From the NCBI GenBank assembly GCA_043228905.1, contig JBHGNT010001240.1:1-10709 (forward strand): DNA of 10,709 nt, in the 5' to 3' direction. Position 1 is the first letter of the stretch. Each line of letters begins with the position of its first letter. Below, piece after piece: positions 8,501 through 10,709 of the stretch. Source of the stretch: Azolla caroliniana. Taxonomy: Eukaryota; Plantae; Polypodiophyta. The notes beneath the pieces are model-generated. The model was given only the letters and a program-made list of their open reading frames with translations, was not told the origin of the DNA and ran no database searches. The translations under genes were made by a program, and so were the position numbers.

Positions 8501-10709
8501 CTTGTTTAACCCATCATAGCTTTATAAACTACATGGCATATGAAGCCAAAATGATTCTTTCAACTTACACGACTCAACTTTTAGGTGGAGCTTAATCTTA
8601 ATGAGCAGTTGATTCAATTCGCAAGCATCGATCTTCAAGATATCAAGGTATATCATGTTGTTTCTGCTAATAATAGTCATTAAATATGAATGCAACTCTT
8701 TTTTGGTATTTGCATCATTGAATTTTTGAGAATTACAATTACCTGGACTGCTTCATCAATTTGTAAACTGACCTAAATATCAAGGGTATATAATGTTGCT
8801 GCTGCTTATCATAGTTATTAAATATGAATGCTGCTCTTTTATTAGAATTTGCATCATTGAAATTTGATTTAATGAATGAGGTGAGAGGTACAATCACCTA
8901 GACTGCTTCATCAATGGAACAGTTCTACCTCTCTTCTCCAGCAGTTACATTTTGTTGTTATAATGCTGGAAAATCATAACTTATGTATCCATTTGCTACA
9001 GTATCACTAGCTTTTACAAATTAGGTTGAGCAAAGCCCCTATTCGTTGTGCAAAGAATGTGTTTGAAGTGTCCACAGAAGACAACCTGTGACTTATTTGT
9101 CATACCTTACTCATTTTTTTCCAATACGTATGATCTACTATTTGAATGGGTGATATTTATCTTGTCAACTTGGAGTACAAGTTTTGTCATTAAAGCAATA
9201 TTTTATCTTCAAATAATTTGAAACTGAAAATGAACTCATAGATAATGGTGTTTTCTAGTTGCTCTGCTATAGTATGCTGTAAAAGGTTTTCTTGGTAGGC
9301 TATCCCATTTTTTATAGATTTGAGAAGCAAGAACAGAAAAGGTTGCCTCCCTCTTAGTGATTTTGTTTCAAATACTAGAAACGGTTCCAGAAAACATTAT
9401 GCTAGGATATTTGTGAGGTGCTATATGTAAATATTCCATCCTTCTTTTTTGATGGTTGTATTCCTGTAATTTGCAAGAATTATCTCAATATTTGCTGTTT
9501 AATTTAACATCTAGTGTGTTTTATGGATTTAGAACTTAACAAAGGCTTAAAAATGCGATTTATTCTTAATGTCGATATTATTCTTAACGTTGGTATTTAT
9601 CTTTTCAACATCTTGAATTAATCTCATGCCACTTGTCAGGACTTACATTGTGTGTGTGAGGGTCCCTTTCCAGGGTGTGCATGATTGCTATGTCCAAAAT
9701 ATTTTCTGTCTTTCTTTTGTTTACATGGGCCTGAAGCGCCAATGGATATGAACTCATTTACTTGACTTCCAAGCGTAATTTGTCATTATTTCACTTTGCT
9801 TTTTAACATGCTTTCAAGCCTGGACTTGAAATTCACAGGAAGTTCGTAAACGATTTGACAAAGCAAGTTTGCATTATGATCAGGTTTGTCTATGCTAAAT
9901 GTGTGCAAGTCAAAACCTTTGGATGGTCTGATATTGAGAAAACTAATACTAACATGCCATAATTGAAAACGAATACCTGAATTGTTGCAGTCAAGAGAGA
10001 AGTTTCTCTCTCTGAAGAAAGGGACAAAAGTTGATGTGGTTTCAGAGATTGAGGAGGTAGTGCAATTGTTATTTTAAGCCCTAAACTTGGGATGGTTTCT
10101 GGTGTAGTTTCCTTGTGCTATTTTCCTAATAATGATCTTTTAATTAGGAACTCCGAAATTCTAGGTCAGCATTTGAACAAGCAAGATTCAACCTAGTAAG
10201 ATGGTCCTTTATGCTTTTCGATGCATGAACTTATCAATTGTGTTTAATTTCTCCTTCACTAAATAACTGCAGGTTACTTGCTTATCAAACATTGAAGCCA
10301 AAAAGAAGTTTGAATTTTTGGAGTCTGTGAGTGGAGCTATGGATGCTCACCTACGTTACTTTAAGCAGGTTATGATCCCCCATGCTAATTAGTTTTCAGC
10401 ATTTTATTCCACAAGTATGATGATCTTGTGAATGTCATATGTTAGGGCTATGAACTACTTCATCAGATGGAACCGTATATTCATGAGGTCAGTAGGTATG
10501 TTTGTTGTATATGGAACTGTATAAATGTGCTTCCATAATGCACCAACTCATCCTTTTAGGCCACAGGTTTCAACATATGCCCAACAGTGCCGAGAACAAG
10601 CTACATATGAGCAAGCAGCATTGGCAGAACGAATGCAAGATTTTAGGCAGCAGATGGAACGGGACAATCAAAGGTCTTTTAGTGACATAGAAGCTTCACC
10701 TAGTGGAGA
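2473..10709 (+). CDS. AGD3: Spliced gene, 3' end outside window: ADP-ribosylation factor GTPase-activating protein, AGD1/AGD3 (VAN3/SFC)-like, BAR-PH-ArfGAP-ANK class; BAR domain region. join(2473..2517,4579..4655,5833..5933,6634..6704,8585..8647,9839..9883,9991..10056,10148..10195,10273..10368,10446..10487,10567..>10709)
   Basis: The joined exons give a continuous 265-aa frame with recognisable AGD3-family motifs: MHFSKLDDSPMFRKQ, LKFYKGCRKYTEGLGEAYDGD, ALREISTYKEILRSQVE, RKRFDKAS, REKFLSL, FEQARFNLV, IEAKKKFEFLE, MDAHLRYFKQGYELLHQMEPYI. All 10 introns are GT-AG and phases match. Family assignment is from recalled Arabidopsis sequences. Exact orthology (AGD1 vs AGD3) is not resolved. Confidence 0.95.
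2580..3520. repeat. Intron 1 degenerate tandem array, unit ~60-70 bp, about 11 copies
   Basis: Approximate consensus aatgctagacctatcaaatgtcagagaattgttgttattcttcatcagaatgtgtc. ctagac-like anchors near 2627, 2697, 2764, 2825, 2939, 3072, 3137, 3232, 3302, 3389 and 3483. Confidence 0.85.
4579..4655 (+). CDS. AGD3: AGD3-like exon 2 (LQALEETADSLKDRCLKFYKGCRKY-T)
   Basis: Acceptor ttttctttatattcag, donor AC|GTATGT, 77 nt, phase 0 to 2. Confidence 0.95.
5140..5320. repeat. Diverged tandem duplication in intron 2 (5140-5220 and 5221-5320)
   Basis: Both copies begin gacatgtagYtattt and end with the identical ggaaactactttgaagtaattaactc. The second copy is ~19 bp longer. Confidence 0.88.
5833..5933 (+). 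CDS. AGD3: AGD3-like exon 3 (EGLGEAYDGDIGFASSLESFGGGFDDPIYTAVG-G)
   Basis: Acceptor ccttacacag, donor GAG|GTAACT, 101 nt, phase 2 to 1. Confidence 0.95.
6634..6704 (+). CDS. AGD3: AGD3-like exon 4 (SVTTKFAIALREISTYKEILRSQ)
   Basis: Acceptor catctctcag, donor CAG|GTGCAG, 71 nt, phase 1 to 0. Confidence 0.93.
7299..7808. repeat. Perfect 255-bp tandem duplication in intron 4 (7299-7553 and 7554-7808)
   Basis: Both copies run tgctggaagagtttccctcc...agataggtacagc. I found no mismatch by eye. Confidence 0.97.
8585..8647 (+). CDS. AGD3: AGD3-like exon 5 (VELNLNEQLIQFASIDLQDIK)
   Basis: Acceptor caactttttag, donor AAG|GTATAT, 63 nt. Aligns with the recalled family segment VEH.LN.RL.QF...DL...K. 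Confidence 0.92.
8640..8915. repeat. Diverged direct duplication of the exon 5 3' end and the start of intron 5 (8640-8760 vs 8777-8915)
   Basis: Shared blocks atatcaag(g)gtatat-atgttg, attaaatatgaatgc, atttgcatcattgaa and gactgcttcatcaat. Confidence 0.85.
9839..9883 (+). CDS. AGD3: AGD3-like exon 6 (EVRKRFDKASLHYDQ)
   Basis: Acceptor attcacag, donor CAG|GTTTGT, 45 nt. Confidence 0.94.
9991..10056 (+). CDS. AGD3: AGD3-like exon 7 (SREKFLSLKKGTKVDVVSEIEE)
   Basis: Acceptor ttgttgcag, donor GAG|GTAGTG, 66 nt. Confidence 0.94.
10148..10195 (+). CDS. AGD3: AGD3-like exon 8 (ELRNSRSAFEQARFNL)
   Basis: Acceptor cttttaattag, donor CTA|GTAAGA, 48 nt. Confidence 0.94.
10273..10368 (+). CDS. AGD3: AGD3-like exon 9 (VTCLSNIEAKKKFEFLESVSGAMDAHLRYFKQ)
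   Basis: Acceptor aactgcag, donor CAG|GTTATG, 96 nt. Confidence 0.95.
10446..10487 (+). CDS. AGD3: AGD3-like exon 10 (GYELLHQMEPYIHE)
   Basis: Acceptor atgttag, donor GAG|GTCAGT, 42 nt. A competing donor lies 8 nt downstream. Confidence 0.92.
10567..10709 (+). CDS. AGD3: AGD3-like exon 11, truncated by window end (VSTYAQQCREQATYEQAALAERMQDFRQQMERDNQRSFSDIEASPSG...)
   Basis: Acceptor ccacag, open to the end of the window. Matches the recalled family motif V.TYAQQ.RE...YEQAAL.E.MQ. Confidence 0.93.

Noticed and set aside
9556-9603. Short 17-18 bp tandem (cgatttattcttaatgt / cgatattattcttaacgt)
   Set aside because: It is real but tiny and AT-rich, an ordinary slippage product.
10502-10690. 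62-aa ORF overlapping exon 11
   Set aside because: It is an alternative frame starting at a non-ATG codon in intron 10. The family-matching frame starts at 10567.

Overview
Eukaryotic land-plant nuclear DNA, AT-rich and intron-rich. The window holds the 5' part of one spliced + strand gene for an ACAP-type ARF-GAP of the AGD1/AGD3 (VAN3/SCARFACE) family. I assembled 11 coding exons by hand, all with GT-AG introns and consistent phase: 2473-2517, 4579-4655, 5833-5933, 6634-6704, 8585-8647, 9839-9883, 9991-10056, 10148-10195, 10273-10368, 10446-10487, 10567->10709. They give 265 stop-free codons covering the N-terminal BAR domain (MHFSKLDDSPMFRKQLQALEETADSLKDRCLKFYKGCRKYTEGLGEAYDGDIGFASSLESFGGG...). 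The PH, ArfGAP and ankyrin regions should lie beyond the window. Upstream are a degenerate ~53-bp minisatellite with higher-order duplications, a ~240-bp GATACA-type microsatellite, and a simple-repeat-rich promoter/5' leader with a candidate E2F site and a 3-codon uORF. The long introns contain a ~65-bp repeat array that appears to flip orientation, a perfect 255-bp tandem duplication, and older duplications, one of which copies a splice donor. I found no evidence of a novel multi-gene system. The most interesting signals concern splicing, regulation and repeat evolution. Most ORFs in the supplied track are spurious.
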